A stretch of 63,867 nt of DNA, the filler included, from Octopus bimaculoides (Eukaryota), in assembly GCF_001194135.2 (NCBI RefSeq). It is 5 parts of 5 records of this genome, joined end to end, with 100 filler letters (N's around TTAATTAATTAA, not from the genome) between each part and the next. Parts side by side here need not be neighbours in the genome. Positions count along the whole stretch, not along the records: positions 35,261 to 55,125 come from NC_068981.1; 4 more parts are not named here. One strand, 5' to 3'. This document shows, one piece after another, positions 35,301 to 49,808 of the stretch. Position numbers and translations under genes: made by a program. How positions within the stretch are numbered: position 1 is the first letter of the stretch; each line of letters starts with the position of its first letter. Below the pieces are notes generated by a model. That model had not been told where the DNA came from and made no database searches. It saw only the letters and a list, made by a program, of their open reading frames with translations.

Positions 35301-36044
35301 AGAGAGAGAGTGGGAGAGAGAGAGTGGGAGAGAGAGAGTAGGAGAGAGAGAGTGGGAGAGAGAGATACTCAGACAAACGTACCTATATCTTATACATTTA
35401 AATTAGTACAATGTAGTATAATACATTCATGTAAAATGCAGAAGCACGTGCATTCATACAGGTACGCGGAAAATTTCCTGAGTTACACACGCACGCATGT
35501 ATATACACAGGTACCACGTACACACGCACACATACACGCGCGCTCATTTGTGATGTTCTTTGATATGCGTGTGTAAGTGAATGTTTTCACCTGTTTATAT
35601 ATATATATATGTGTGTTATATGTTATATATATATATATATATATATACAAAAGTATAACAAAATTCGTATGTCTCTTGTACTGGCAATACATATATCTAG
35701 ATCACTTACACCATTGTCTTAGTAGTAGTTTTCCCTAGAGAATAATTTAACACTTTATCCAATATATTATAAATAAAAATAAAATACTTTTTTATGATAT
35801 ATTCTAAATAATATTTGAACCACGGCATGAATATAGAATGAAATTAACTAACTATGTCTTCCTTCGAATTATGTCTTCCAACAAATTAAATATGTTTATT
35901 AACAATATATCGAAAATCAATCATACGCACACTTATATGTAAACTTACGCACACACGCGCACATTTATATATGTATATATATGTGTATACATATATACAT
36001 ATATATTTATATGCATATATACATATGCATATATNNNNNNNNNN

Positions 36045-36082
<38 letters not shown>

Positions 36083-36827
36083 GTGTTTGATCTATAAAAC
36101 AGAATGCAATAAAGTCCTCCCTTTCTTAGCTGTTGTGATTCACCATCCAGTTGCACTTGGAACATCCAAAGTTAAAATTTTGCGAATCGCCACAATGTTG
36201 AAACGTATGTAAGTTACAAATAACATAAACTTTTGTAATCAACGACTTTCAACATTCATGTATGTATGCATACGTAAATATACACACATGCAGGTGCATA
36301 CAAACGCATGCACGCACATAATGTTCAGTTTATGTTTTGTAAAAGTAAAAAAAGCTACAAATTTTTAAAATTATATCATACATGATATAATATCATGATA
36401 TATAACATATATGATATATATATGATATATGTCAAGGATTTCAATTCACACATTCAGCTATATTATATTATCAATGGCAAACTAAGTTTTAAACCACCAG
36501 AAAGCGTGAAATAAAATATAAAATCAATACAGGAGAAGAAAAAGTGAGCATAGAAATTATATGCCCTAAACAATGAAACACTGCTCAAAACACATATTGA
36601 AATATAGAAAACAATTTACTTCGGTTAGTTAAAATAGTGCTGAGCTTATCTCTCTGCCTGTATATTTCTGCTTGAATTTGTACTTAACTATTAAACAATG
36701 TTTGTCGATATTAAAGAGCTGCATTAATGCATAATCTTTTCTAGTTACGTTTCTTTTCTTTGAACCAATATGATTTACTTCTGGCAGTACAATAACAAAC
36801 AGTCTATGTTCAGCTATTGTTAAAATT

Positions 36828-37207
36828 ATTTTATTCTTGTATTTGTTTCAGTCATTTGACTGCAGCCATGCTGGAACACACCTTTAGTCGAACAAATCGA
36901 ACCCAGGGCTTATTCTTTGTAAGCCTACTGCTTATTCTATTGGTTTCTTTTGCCAATCAGCTAAGTTACGGGGACATAAACACACCAGCATTGGTTGTCA
37001 AGCGATATTGGGAGACAAACACAAACACACAAACACACACACATACGACAGGCATTTTTCAGTTTCTATCTACCAAATCCACAAACAAGGCATTTGTCGA
37101 TCCGAAGGTATAGTAGAAGACAATTGTCGAAGGTACCATGCAGTGGGACTGAACCTGGAACCATGTGGTTGGTAAGGAAGCTACTAACCACACAATCACT
37201 CCTGCGT
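36828..37207 (-). mobile_element. SINE family B, full-length
   Basis: Tail, microsatellite and head match 12885-13434. Confidence 0.9.
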
Positions 37208-37869
37208 CACTGAATTGAGTCCAAATCCTCATTTAAAGTTGTAGGGATTAATTCCAGCTTAGGGGCGTAGTCAGACCGCTTGGTGTGAAACATTCTGTTA
37301 GCCACGACATCGTAGTCTTCGTTGAATATCAATGTTACGTTCTACAGCCTTTACAACGTCAGCAGTCCATTGAACAATACGATGATAACTATTTTCCAGT
37401 ACCCATAAGGGTCCGCTAATGTTTTCACACCTACAGCCTTAATCATTATGCTCACCAAAGCCATTGATTTTCACTACCATACCAAGTTCTTCCTGAGTAA
37501 GAGAAACATAACATCGTCAAATTTAGCCAAGACTTGTATACATGCATATAAATATCTATCTATATCTATATATATATATTATCCGCCCATCCATGCATGC
37601 ATGCATGCATGCATGCATGCATCCATCCATCCATACATACATACATCCATCCATCCATCCATACATACATACATATACACTCGCGGCAACAAGTCTCGTC
37701 TTTGGTGGGGAGACTATTTATGGAAAACACTATTTCCACCTTTGGTGCCACAATTATCAGGTTTGTTAATAACTGGTTAGTCTAGAGATCAATTAACCGA
37801 GGGAGCTTTTATTCACGATCATAGTAATTTTCAACTGAATCTTGAATTTAGCATGTAGAGAGTTACGAC

Positions 37870-38830
37870 AAACGACATGGCTGGACACAGCATCAACAAC
37901 AATAAAATCAAGGAACAGAATGAAAACAACAGTTCAACAGCTAAATAAATTCTTTCTAGCTGTAGTTATAGAAGAAACCGTAACTACAAAACTCATTTCT
38001 GTTAGAGATATGAATTGAACACTGATGTATTTAACTGCTACAAAAATGCGAAATAAAACACTACTGTTAGCTATACGAATCGATCGAAATCATATTGGGA
38101 CGATCTGCATCCAGAATTAAAGCATTTTACTGCGAAGCAACTTGGCCAACAAGCAATATTTTTAGAGCACAGGAAGAAGATTATTAACTGTAACTTTATC
38201 GAAAATTAACCTTCTTCCCTACTCTATAAACAAAAACGAAAACGCGAATGAAAGAAGACCACCACGTGGTCTCGCAGGTAACGACATTCCAATAGTTCCC
38301 ATAGTGCCTGCCAGCCAAGCTACATTATTGGCTCAAGTAACTGACCACTTTTCTCCTACTACGACTATGGTAAATAGCAGGCAAAACCGCAACGATTATT
38401 GTAATAGTAGTGGTAGTCAGGATTATAGGATGGTGAAATGTGCCCTTAATGAAAGCTTTCGACAAAAAAAAAAAATTCGCTTTGAAATACAGTCTCGAGG
38501 AGAGAGTATTCTCTACCAAACTAAGTGAAAAAAAAAACAAAAAAACACCAGATACGGTATTAAAAGCTGTAAACGAAATTGGTGATGAGTATTTACAACA
38601 GTGTGATGAACCCACATACTGGCAGATTAACTCTTGTATATATGCGCTGACTACTACTGTAAAACTGTACATGAGTGATATTCAAAAAAGTGATCTAACA
38701 AAACCAAAATAACAAAGAAAGTACCATCATGGGTTTTGAAGAGAGAGAAAAAGATAACTGGTTTATGTAAGACAATCAGTCATGTAATGATGCTTATTGC
38801 ATGCAAACAAGCAAATCACTATACGTCCAA
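37870..38830 (+). mobile_element. N-terminal region of an RLE-type non-LTR element, decayed
   Basis: YWDDLHPELKHFTAKQLGQQA, YWQINSCIYA and LIACKQ segments resemble N-terminal regions of such elements; many stops. Confidence 0.5.
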
Positions 38831-39419
38831 CCAAAAAAAATAAAAAATAAAGAAGGTGATAAAAAGTTATATTTGGATTTAGCAAAAGGAGGATACTTAT
38901 TTACAAACTGATTACCTTGAGGCAGCATGTAAAAGCTGTCAGTGAAAAACTCAGACATCAGAAGAGAATAACCGAGGGAAGAACAAACAAAAAATTCAAA
39001 TGTAACCTTGCACAGGAGCCATCCGGACTCTCGTGAACGGGGATTAATCTCCTCTCTTCGATCATTTGCGCCACATGGGCTCAACCCTCCTCCCCTCTCT
39101 TCTCGTTCCCTCCTCTCTTCTCTTCCTCTCACACCTACTTACTCCCACCCACCTCTCTTCTCTTGTTACGACTCCTACTTTTCTTCACTCCTACTTTCCT
39201 TCTCTCTTCTCTTCCTTCCTACCCACCTTCTCCCTTCCCCTCTCCCCTCATAGACACCCCTAACTCGTAACCCTACCCTACACAATCCATCCCATTCCAT
39301 CCGATCGCTTACACCCACTCCCACATACCCCACCTCTACTCCCAACCTCAGGCTAACCCCATACACCACCCTAACATACAACACCGCATCGCATCGCACC
39401 ACCATGCACACTCTAGCAA

Positions 39420-39950
39420 GTGTACATCCGGCCGTCCCAGCCCTCAATGCGTCATTCTTGCTTGCGTCTGTTCCATCTATTGTGTGCTTAGGTATAGCAC
39501 ACGAGAACTTTAACTTACAACAATGTTTGGGGAAACCGTTCACATTAGCATAATACAAAGAAAGCTGGCAAAGTGGTTTCTGGTGGATTCAGAAATACGT
39601 TTCGAGAATTGACTTCTGAAAAATATACACGCTGGCCATTTTCAAGGTGTACAAATAGATTCACAACAGCTGAGTGACACTCGTGGATTTCGAAGTTCTG
39701 GTTGGAGGAAGTATACTTGTCCCACTTATATTGCTGAATTTTATCTGTCTGTCTGCCCTCCTGTTCAAGTTCCAAAACCGCTATATCTGAGCCCTTATTG
39801 ATGTATTTGCATACACATCTAATACTTTTTATACAGTTGCATGAATCAACATTAACATTTATCCGCACTGTTTTAGACATTAATGGCTTGTAGGTCATGA
39901 TCCACCTGATGTCAATTTCCATTCCTTGACCATAAACATAGAGCATGATA
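39420..39950 (-). mobile_element. Helitron RepHel remnant (post-Rep region)
   Basis: RWIMTYKPLMSK, CIKSIRCVCKYINKGSD, HLENGQRVYF and PPETTLPAFF, followed by a GRMYT-like segment. Confidence 0.88.
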
Positions 39951-40274
39951 GTGTTTAGGGTGATTAAAAGAAAATCAATATGTTATTTCCCTTGACTTTT
40001 GAAAGAAAATATATAGCTAGGGCCCTATCTAGGGGCCCTAGATATCCAATTATAGAGTTTTATTAAACTTTAATATATCTAGTAAGAAACCGGATCTTAC
40101 TTGAACATGTTTGCAGAGTTTTACAAAAAAATCATTAACGGGTGTAGACGGCAACTTGACACGAACAGGCGTCCAAACAGGCAGCTTGTATTTATGTATG
40201 CATGTATGTATATATGAATGTATACACACACACACACACACACACACGTATATATATAACTACATATATGTGTT

Positions 40275-40316
<42 letters not shown>

Positions 40317-41326
40317 CATATATACATACATATATATATATATACATATATGTGTAGGTATGTAGGTATATCCATATGTTTGTGTGTGCATCAATGTTTA
40401 TATTCATATAGGTATGTGTATAAATGGAAATGCATACATACACACACATATATATGTGTATGTGAAATATATTTTTATGTGCATATATAGATACACCTAT
40501 AAAACAGTTCTATTATGAACTTTTGCGACAATGATAAAAAATTATTGCATTCGTCACGTTTTTTCTAGTACGGATGAAGTTCAAGCACCTAGACAGAACT
40601 TAAAAGAAGTATTTAATCTTATTGTATGCGGTATTCAATTGAAGTTATTAACAATTGCTACCTCATATATATGAACAGCAGTGTTGAAAACTGGTGACAA
40701 CCATGTACATAGAGAGGGTTATAATAAAATTCGCAATTTGCTGAGTTAATTTACAGGTCTGTGCTTTAAAAATATACATCAAATTTTACTCTATTTATAC
40801 AAACACAGATTCTCTGTCTCTTCCCGTTTGCAATGGCTTAATGACTCTCTCTCTTTCTCACTCGTAGCTATATATCTATCTATCTGTCTTTCTGTNNNNN
40901 NNNNNNNNNNNNNNNNNNNNNNNNNNNNNNNNNNNNNNNNNNNNNNNNNNNNNNNNNNNNNNNNNNNNNNNNNNNNNNNNNNNNNNNNNNNNNNNNNNNN
41001 NNNNNNNNNNNNNNNNNNNNNNNNNNNNNNNNNNNNNNNNNNNNNNNNNNNNNNNNNNNNNNNNNNNNNNNNNNNNNNNNNNNNNNNNNNNNNNNNNNNN
41101 NNNNNNNNNNNNNNNNNNNNNNNNNNNNNNNNNNNNNNNNNNNNNNNNNNNNNNNNNNNNNNNNNNNNNNNNNNNNNNNNNNNNNNNNNNNNNNNNNNNN
41201 NNNNNNNNNNNNNNNNNNNNNNNNNNNNNNNNNNNTATACATACACATTTGACTAGGGCGATTCTTTCTTTAATATATATTATACATACATACATACATA
41301 TATACATACATATATATATATATATG

Positions 41327-41361
<35 letters not shown>

Positions 41362-41956
41362 CTATTTATACACACACGCACATACACATATACACTCCCA
41401 CCCACACACACATATATATATATACACCTGTGTGTGTGTATGCATGCATATTGGTACATACGTAAGTGACCGATATTCAATAAACATATGTAGGTCATAT
41501 CATTTAAAGATAATCACATGGAAATCATAAGTTGATAGGAAAAGCATTTCCGCTGAGATATATCTGTCAATGTCCGACTTAATTCGCCATATAATTAATT
41601 CTGATGTTGACATACGTAGATTTGATATATATTAAGAGGAAGGATAAATTTAACTATACGTTGTTCCCCTTATTCACACACACCTAGCTTACAAGCCCCC
41701 CGCAAACGATTATCTTCACATACAATGGCGGACATATCGTAAATGTTTAGACATCTGTAAAGTTAAAAACTAACATAAAGCATCAAATAAAATAAATCCG
41801 GATTATATACAGACTCAGCCACAATATAACTCAAGTACACGCATCTAAAAAACTATTCATACATATGTGTGTGTGTGTGTGTGCGTGCGTGTGNNNNNNN
41901 NNNACTCAAGTACACGCATGTACAAAACTATTCATACATATGTGTGTGTGTGTGTG

Positions 41957-42008
<52 letters not shown>

Positions 42009-44442
42009 TGTGTGTGTGTGTGTGTATGTGTGTGTGTGTGTATGTGTGTGTGTGTGTGTGTGTGCAATTTTATGTAGCAAATTTTATTATGAATAGTATC
42101 AGTTTCTGATAGGTTGCTTGACTATGTAATTGACATTACCGAATCGTTTTATCCTACTTTCTTTAGCATCCAGCAATCTCAAAGAATTGATGGTGTTAAT
42201 ATTTATCAGTAGGTTTAAGATGTAAGTTCCACACACAGCATATATGCATAATAACCAGTCAAGCAACGTAGAGATCGTACAGCCTAGTGATTATGTTCAT
42301 TGAAAGTACAACTTTTGTGTATTTCCATTGTATAACATATATATATNNNNNNNNNNNNNNNNNNNNNNNNNNNNNNNNNNNNNNNNNNNNNNNNNNNNNN
42401 NNNNNNNNNNNNNNNNNNNNNNNNNNNNNNNNNNNNNNNNNNNNNNNNNNNNNNNNNNNNNNNNNNNNNNNNNNNNNNNNNNNNNNNNNNNNNNNNNNNN
42501 NNNNNNNNNNNNNNNNNNNNNNNNNNNNNNNNNNNNNNNNNNNNNNNNNNNNNNNNNNNNNNNNNNNNNNNNNNNNNNNNNNNNNNNNNNNNNNNNNNNN
42601 NNNNNNNNNNNNNNNNNNNNNNNNNNNNNNNNNNNNNNNNNNNNNNNNNNNNNNNNNNNNNNNNNNNNNNNNNNNNNNNNNNNNNNNNNNNNNNNNNNNN
42701 NNNNNNNNNNNNNNNNNNNNNNNNNNNNNNNNNNNNNNNNNNNNNNNNNNNNNNNNNNNNNNNNNNNNNNNNNNNNNNNNNNNNNNNNNNNNNNNNNNNN
42801 NNNNNNNNNNNNNNNNNNNNNNNNNNNNNNNNNNNNNNNNNNNNNNNNNNNNNNNNNNNNNNNNNNNNNNNNNNNNNNNNNNCATATGCATATATGTATA
42901 TTTATATATATATATATATATTAATATACATACACACATATCTACACATGTACGTGTGTGTGGTGTGTATATGAGTGTGTGCGCGCGTGTATCTATATTC
43001 CCATAGTTTTATATATTTTCTTTTCATTTTCAATATTGTGACAACTTCAAGAAAATATATCATATGTTCACTGAATATTTACGATCAGCCTTGTGTATAA
43101 ACATTGTCAAGCGGCCTTCATCGGTAAAGCAAAGAAAATATTTTTTCAAATAAATCAATCTGCGTTGCAAATTTGGCTCTCGCATTTCCAATCTGGTGCT
43201 ATTACTTGAAGGGATCTGAAGATATTTGAAGCTCTCCGTATACAGTATAAATTAATGATGTCGTTGCCGTAGCATTCTTTGATTTTTGGAGTTAGTTTCC
43301 AATAAGTTATTTCTAGTATACCGTAGTGTTTTGGTATAGAGATCTGAAATAACCATTTCAGTTGTTTTTTTCTTTTGCTTTATTTTGTATCCTTCCATTT
43401 TCTTTAGTTGCAATATTATTGCTGAATAATGATTTTCTCGTTTGTATTGATTTTCGTTTCGATTGCTATACTATACTTAGCTTCTTCGGGTTAGAACTTT
43501 AATGACATAAGTGAATATTCTTTCAAAACTGAGATGAAAAATAAAGTAATAAGTACTCGCACCAGAAGTTAGACATCTTAGACATGTGGAAAAGGAAAAC
43601 ATGTGTGATCGTAATAATAGACTGAGTTTCCGAAAACATTCCATTTACATTAAGTATCTGCAATTAGAAACCTACATCCGCAACATACAATAACCTACGT
43701 TTCTATATATTATGGATATCCTGACAAAAGAAAAATTTCTCTAAAGACTACAGACCAGATCGAAAACGACACCTTACACTAGAAATTATGCAAGCATTAC
43801 ATAATATGCATTTAAATCTGATGATACGAAAACACACTACTGATTTTCTAGCAGAATTACAAACTATACTGTAGCAGTTGCTGATTTAAGCAGAGATGGA
43901 AAATAAGAAAATTGTTTCTATATTATTTCCCAAGTAAATCAGCAATTTTTTTTTGTAATCAATATATCTATTCCAACGAACGCCAATGTAGCTCTAAAAG
44001 AAATGGACTAACTCTCAAGTTATAAACACTTGAAAACGGAGATATACAGAAGTGGAGTCTGAAAACAGAAGAGACCTGTATAGCAATAAGCGAATTTGAT
44101 CGGTAAAACAGAATGCAGGAACATGTGTAAACATAACATCACAATTTAAACAGATATGAAATGTAAACGAAATAATTCCAATAGGTGAAACATACATTTT
44201 CTGTTGAGTTGTGGAGAAAACATACGATCAAAACCAAAGAATATCAAGTGCTTATAAAAGCGACAAAGCACCTATGCAGTGAAATGGCATAGTACATTGA
44301 CGAATGAAATAACAACATACAATAAAATGAAATATACCATAAAGAAATAATGAACAGTAACAGCAGTAGAAGCAACGGTAACAAATTTTAACAGAAAGAA
44401 CTTCAAAAGTAGCGACGAAACAAATTGAAGCAGTAACGACAA

Positions 44443-44550
<108 letters not shown>

Positions 44551-47500
44551 TTCTAGAATTATCGTCAATTATTTGTCATTATATTCGGGGTTTGGAGTTT
44601 GAAATGATGTTTTCCCACTTTGGAACAAGTCAAATCATTTCTATAAAAAAAAATAAAAAAATTGCACGGTGAAAAAATGGGCAGCTGTTAAACATCAGCG
44701 AGGAAGTTGTGGTTATGTGAGCTTAGGAGAAAGAAATACTACGGATACCATCCACCTACATGTTGTACTCTGTTTCATTGCCTTTCATATAAAGTGCATT
44801 GTACTGCCCCATATTAAAATCAGTTGCACTGCTCCTCACAGTCAGGCATGTATTGCACTTACCCTAGATCTGTGATGCAACTGTATAATTAGTTGTGAAT
44901 ATAATCAACTGATTATGTGGCTTGTTTACTTTACAGCAACCAGTGTGTTTTATAATTCGTGTCATTCTATTCAATTCACAATATACTCTCCAATGCATCA
45001 GATGTTTAATTTAATTTATTTTTAAATGGAAACCAACTCACAGCAAAAGTAAAGTGGATTTTGGTTATTGCAATATTGTTTTGGCGATATCCTGTCCCCA
45101 GCAGGTACTTGCTGAGACCAGTGCTTCCTTGTTTGATGTTATATTTGTGCACTTTTATCTGAAGCAGTTTACAAATAATGCCCGAAAAATGGCAATTAAC
45201 CCTCCTCCAAACCCAGATGCCTTTAATACACCGCAGCGCACAGCGTTTTTATGCATCATAAACCACAGAAAAAAACATCCATACAGTGATGTCGACAGCA
45301 ATGAGAACTATCTGATAGGGGTAGCGCGTCTCGTCGACAGGAATAAAAAAAAACAATAAGTGTTCCAACAGTTCAAATGAAATCAGTGGTAGTGTCATAA
45401 TGGTGATGATATAAAAAAAATTACGGAGGTGGTGTACGCATCCATTTTCATTATCCAGTCTAACCGTGAAAGCGACCTCTTAGCTTGGTGAGAGAAGCAA
45501 ATCGGCTTGTAATCATTTTGCTATCCACCGAACAGTTTAAAATCATCCCATCAGAATCGTCTGTTCAGCACTTCAATTGCGATTAAAACTGTCAGGCATT
45601 TTTCTGCTCCTGTTACCAATTTTCTGATTGATAAAACGCAGCTATAAATAGAGAAATTGTCTCACTGAAATATACCACTGACAAACGCAATATTTTACGT
45701 GAAGTAAATGCTGTTGCTGTTCGTAACAAGTCAAGCACCCATATAGGAAGCTTGAGATTTTGGTTAATCTCTTATCACGTTGTTGTGTCATCCATTGTTC
45801 ATTATCCATCGACCCTTTCTAGAATTGTCTGATAAAGATGGCACTATGGCTAGTGCAAACTTCTCAGTGCGCCGTGCATTGTATAATGATAGCATCCAAG
45901 TTCTCGCGATGTGCAAGATGTAGCCGATTCTATCTCTGAATAGCTTTTAGGTTCACATCACTGAATACACTTTTCACCATGACGCTCCGACTGCCAAACC
46001 AGCTTATATGACTTGCAAGGGCTTTCCTATTTGAACTATCGCAGGATATTCTAGCTTCCGATTTGCTCGATTTATACATTTGTTGTATACCAATATCGTG
46101 TACATCTGGGACACAAACGAATGTCAGTCACTGTACATATTACAAAACGAATGTCAATCACCATTACTCAACAGAAAATGTGTGTCACACCTATTGGAAT
46201 TATTTCGTTTATATTTCATATCTCTTTAAATAGTGATGTTATGATTACACAGGTACCTCCATTCCATTTTCAGAAAACCCACTGAAAGCGTCATGGTTGT
46301 CAAACGGTAGAACACTCGTGAAACAATATGCGTCGCAGAACTTTTATTGAAACGCAAGAGACTGCTTCTATACAACGTAACTAGTATGCAAACCAGTATG
46401 CACCATAATCTTAGTTTGCTTGTTGACGTTTCGACTAAGTGCAGTCTAATTTAATTTCATTGTTCGGTGGCTCTATGAACAAACCTGTTCTGTTAGCTTC
46501 TCGTCCTTAAACCACTAACTGCAGTTTAGAGACATGTGATTAAAAAAAACAACTATTTATAAATGAAATAATCTTTAAGTCTGGTTTCAAATTTCAATTA
46601 AACTGCGAACATTGAACTGTTAGAATATCTGTGATTTTTAACTGCAACCTAATTATGCTATTCACCAATAACTGTAAACTGTTTATTATATTGCGTAACC
46701 TGTATATTATATTGAAAACACTTACCTAACATTAAGCAAAATAAACTATAATCTAGCGATATGTATTACAACAATGGAAACGTGGAAGCTAATGGGAAAA
46801 TAAAGCAAAAACAAACAAAAATATCGAAAATGCTAACTCTTTAGAATATAGCAAAAATTCAACAAGAGAACATACAAATCCAAAGATATATATATAATCA
46901 CGGAATACTGCGCAATTGGCAAATAACTGAAGACTTATGACTAGTCGAGCAAAGATCAAATGTATATTACACGATGGAAATAATTTCACGAAACACATGC
47001 TAGTAGACATAGGATCATACGATAACATTCTGAAATATACACTAGAAGTAGCATATTGGAGGAAAATGAAACACTTACGAAAGTATATAAAGATGGACAA
47101 AAATAAAAAACAATATTAAAATCATTTGTTATCAAACTAAAAATGAAACTGTTTGGTTAAATACCTACACCTGCAATTTTTTTCCAACTTATTCAATCAT
47201 TTCATTTAAAGATAGTCATAAAACCGTAAATAAAGTACCCGATTATTACAAATAATACTGTAACAACCATTAATATCGAAAAATGCATGTAAGAATCCAA
47301 CAGAGCGGCCTCATATATAAGCCTTTTCGAAACACAGAATTCAAGAAGAAACGTATCATATAAGAGAAATACTAAATTCTAGAAAACAATTTTACAATGT
47401 AATGGTATCAGCTCACTAAGTGAAATAGGTAACAAAAAAATATAATAAATAAATAAAATGCAACCCTACGCCACTATCTCTTTTACTTGAAGTCGGCAAA

Positions 47501-48479
47501 TTAAAATATTTCTTTTAGCTAGATGCAATTAACTACCTATCTAGTATGTATTGAGAAATGTGTAAATGGACTTGGTAGATTACTGGGTGATGTCTGAGAG
47601 GAATCACATTATTGTGGGTGATACAGCATTCTATTGCAGGTATATGACGTGTTTGTGAATTAGTGACAAGTGATGATTCACTCCCGAACTGAAATAGGCT
47701 CCCAGCCTCTGTATCATAAATGGTTATGTGGAACACTCCTAATGAAATCCAGAGCTTCCTTCGACCACTACATAAAAAGTATTAGGGAAAAGAAAATGTT
47801 ATTTCGATATACTTTATTTTACTGGTTTACACTATTTTACGCCTGATTATACTCTTATACGTTCAAAGTTCACAAATTTCCCTATTTAGATCACGAAACA
47901 TATTCCTTTCGATAATGTCAATATGATTAAAAAACTTCTTTGTAGATGATATTTTCTGTTTTGGTCGACACCAATTTACAAATTACTGGGGTCCCTTGTT
48001 CTACTCATAGCGACGTATAACTGGCCGTGCGTAAACATCGGAGTGGGTAAACATACACCTACACGAATTAAAATCTGGCCCTATAACTTGTTTGCTGTGA
48101 ATGCGTGAGCGGGATTATTAGCGTGCAAAAATCCATCTAAGACTTACCTCTCACTGTTCTATGCGAATACTGCCTGGATGTTCCAGTACCATGGGTTATT
48201 TTGATTGACAAAACTAACCGCTTCGGTTAGCCGTTTTGAATCCTGCTCGAGACTGACACACTTCGATAACCACTAAATAATCACACACACTATATACTGA
48301 CACACGATTTTCGATTTTATTTTCGTTATTAACCGTCTTCGCGACTCTCTTCGTATCTACGATAGGGCCACGAACTATACAATGAAAATTCAGTTACTCG
48401 TGTTCAGTGAATTTTTAATAAATATGCAAAGGTTGCTTATCAATTCAAAAATCGATGTCCACGAAATAATCATACTTTC

Positions 48480-48957
48480 TGATTTATTAATGCTAAAAAT
48501 TTTCCTGAAGACCGTCATTTTAATTCCGAAAAAATATCGTAACCATTGCTCCAGCTATAAGGCCGTGAAGAGGGAACAGACAAAGAGACAGACAGACGAA
48601 CAGGCAGCCGACATAACGCCCATTATAGTATCATAGCAAATCTACCCATCTACGATGGGAGATAAATGGATAGTATCGCAAATCTAAACCCTCTAAATTC
48701 ACGAACAATACGGGGTGGGGGAAATCCAGAGTTAATTCACATTGCCGGAATTTTAATAAAAAAAATCCAGTGTTATTTATTAATACAAAACTACATAATC
48801 ATATATTTTCTCATTTTTTTCGCTAAAACAATTCCTGATTACCTACCTCGTAATCCCGAAAAAAACATTGTGACCATTAGTCCAGCAGTTTGATCGTGAA
48901 GAGGTACCAGAGAGACGGACTGACAGACAGACCTAACGCCCATTATAGTAAGATTAA
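48480..48957 (+). repeat. Two tandem diverged units ending CAGAC...TAACGCCCATTATAGTA, possibly non-autonomous Helitron-like ends
   Basis: TTCCTGA...AAT[T/C]CCGAAAAAA...ACCATT.[C/G]TCCAGC...CGTGAAGAGG.A.CAGA...AACGCCCATTATAGTA occurs at ~48500-48632 and ~48833-48950. Confidence 0.6.
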
Positions 48958-49777
48958 TTGTCTACATTATGTCATATATTTGACATTCAACGGCTTTGTC
49001 ATATGTGTTGAGATATACGTCCAATGTGAATATTATACGTAACGAAAATTTAGGGCACTATTCATAATCGTAAGCAATGTTCCTAAATGTAATGTATTTT
49101 GGGCACAATATTCACCTGGATTCTCATAAGATATTGCACACACGATATTTTCTGAATTGCTGCAGATGTGCCTTACCTTGAGAATAACTTTGATTCCTCT
49201 AACAAGAGTCTTTTCTCGTTAAAGCGATTCTAAAGCTTACTCGGATATCCATCAATAATTAAATAACAAAGAACATTTCACAAGGAATTATAACACATTA
49301 CTACATTCTTAACTGTTCTAATATAGAGACTAACTTAAGCCAAAATCATTAAACTTATCACAATATATAATATTTCTTATCAAGTTAACAGCTATGTTTT
49401 GATAACATATATTACTAAATTGTTTTGTATATATCATTTTAAATAATCACAAACAACTAATAAGTAATCTTAAAATGAAATTTAATCAAAACATGAATAG
49501 ATGCAAATGTGAAAAAGCTACAATTCAAAAACATGTCTGCAATTTATTTAAGATGGAATCCAGTATCACGAAACACTCAAACTGCTCGCAGACACAGAGA
49601 CACAATCAGACACAATCTGAGAGACGCACACACAGACATATACACACATACACACGCACATGCACACCTGCATATGCACATGCACATGCACACTCGCACA
49701 CGCACACACACAAACACACACAGATGTGCATGGACACACGCGCACACCCACATATATCTATCAATTCATCTATCTAG

Positions 49778-49808
<31 letters not shown>

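Noticed and set aside
41829-41950. Tandem duplication ACTCAAGTACACGCAT...CATACATATGTG
   Set aside because: The copies flank a 10-N gap and differ at two bases; most likely overlapping contig ends or alleles.
45054-45359. 101-aa plus ORF and its hydrophobic antisense frame as a host gene
   Set aside because: No recognisable domain or splice context; the antisense frame stops after 49 codons from its ATG.
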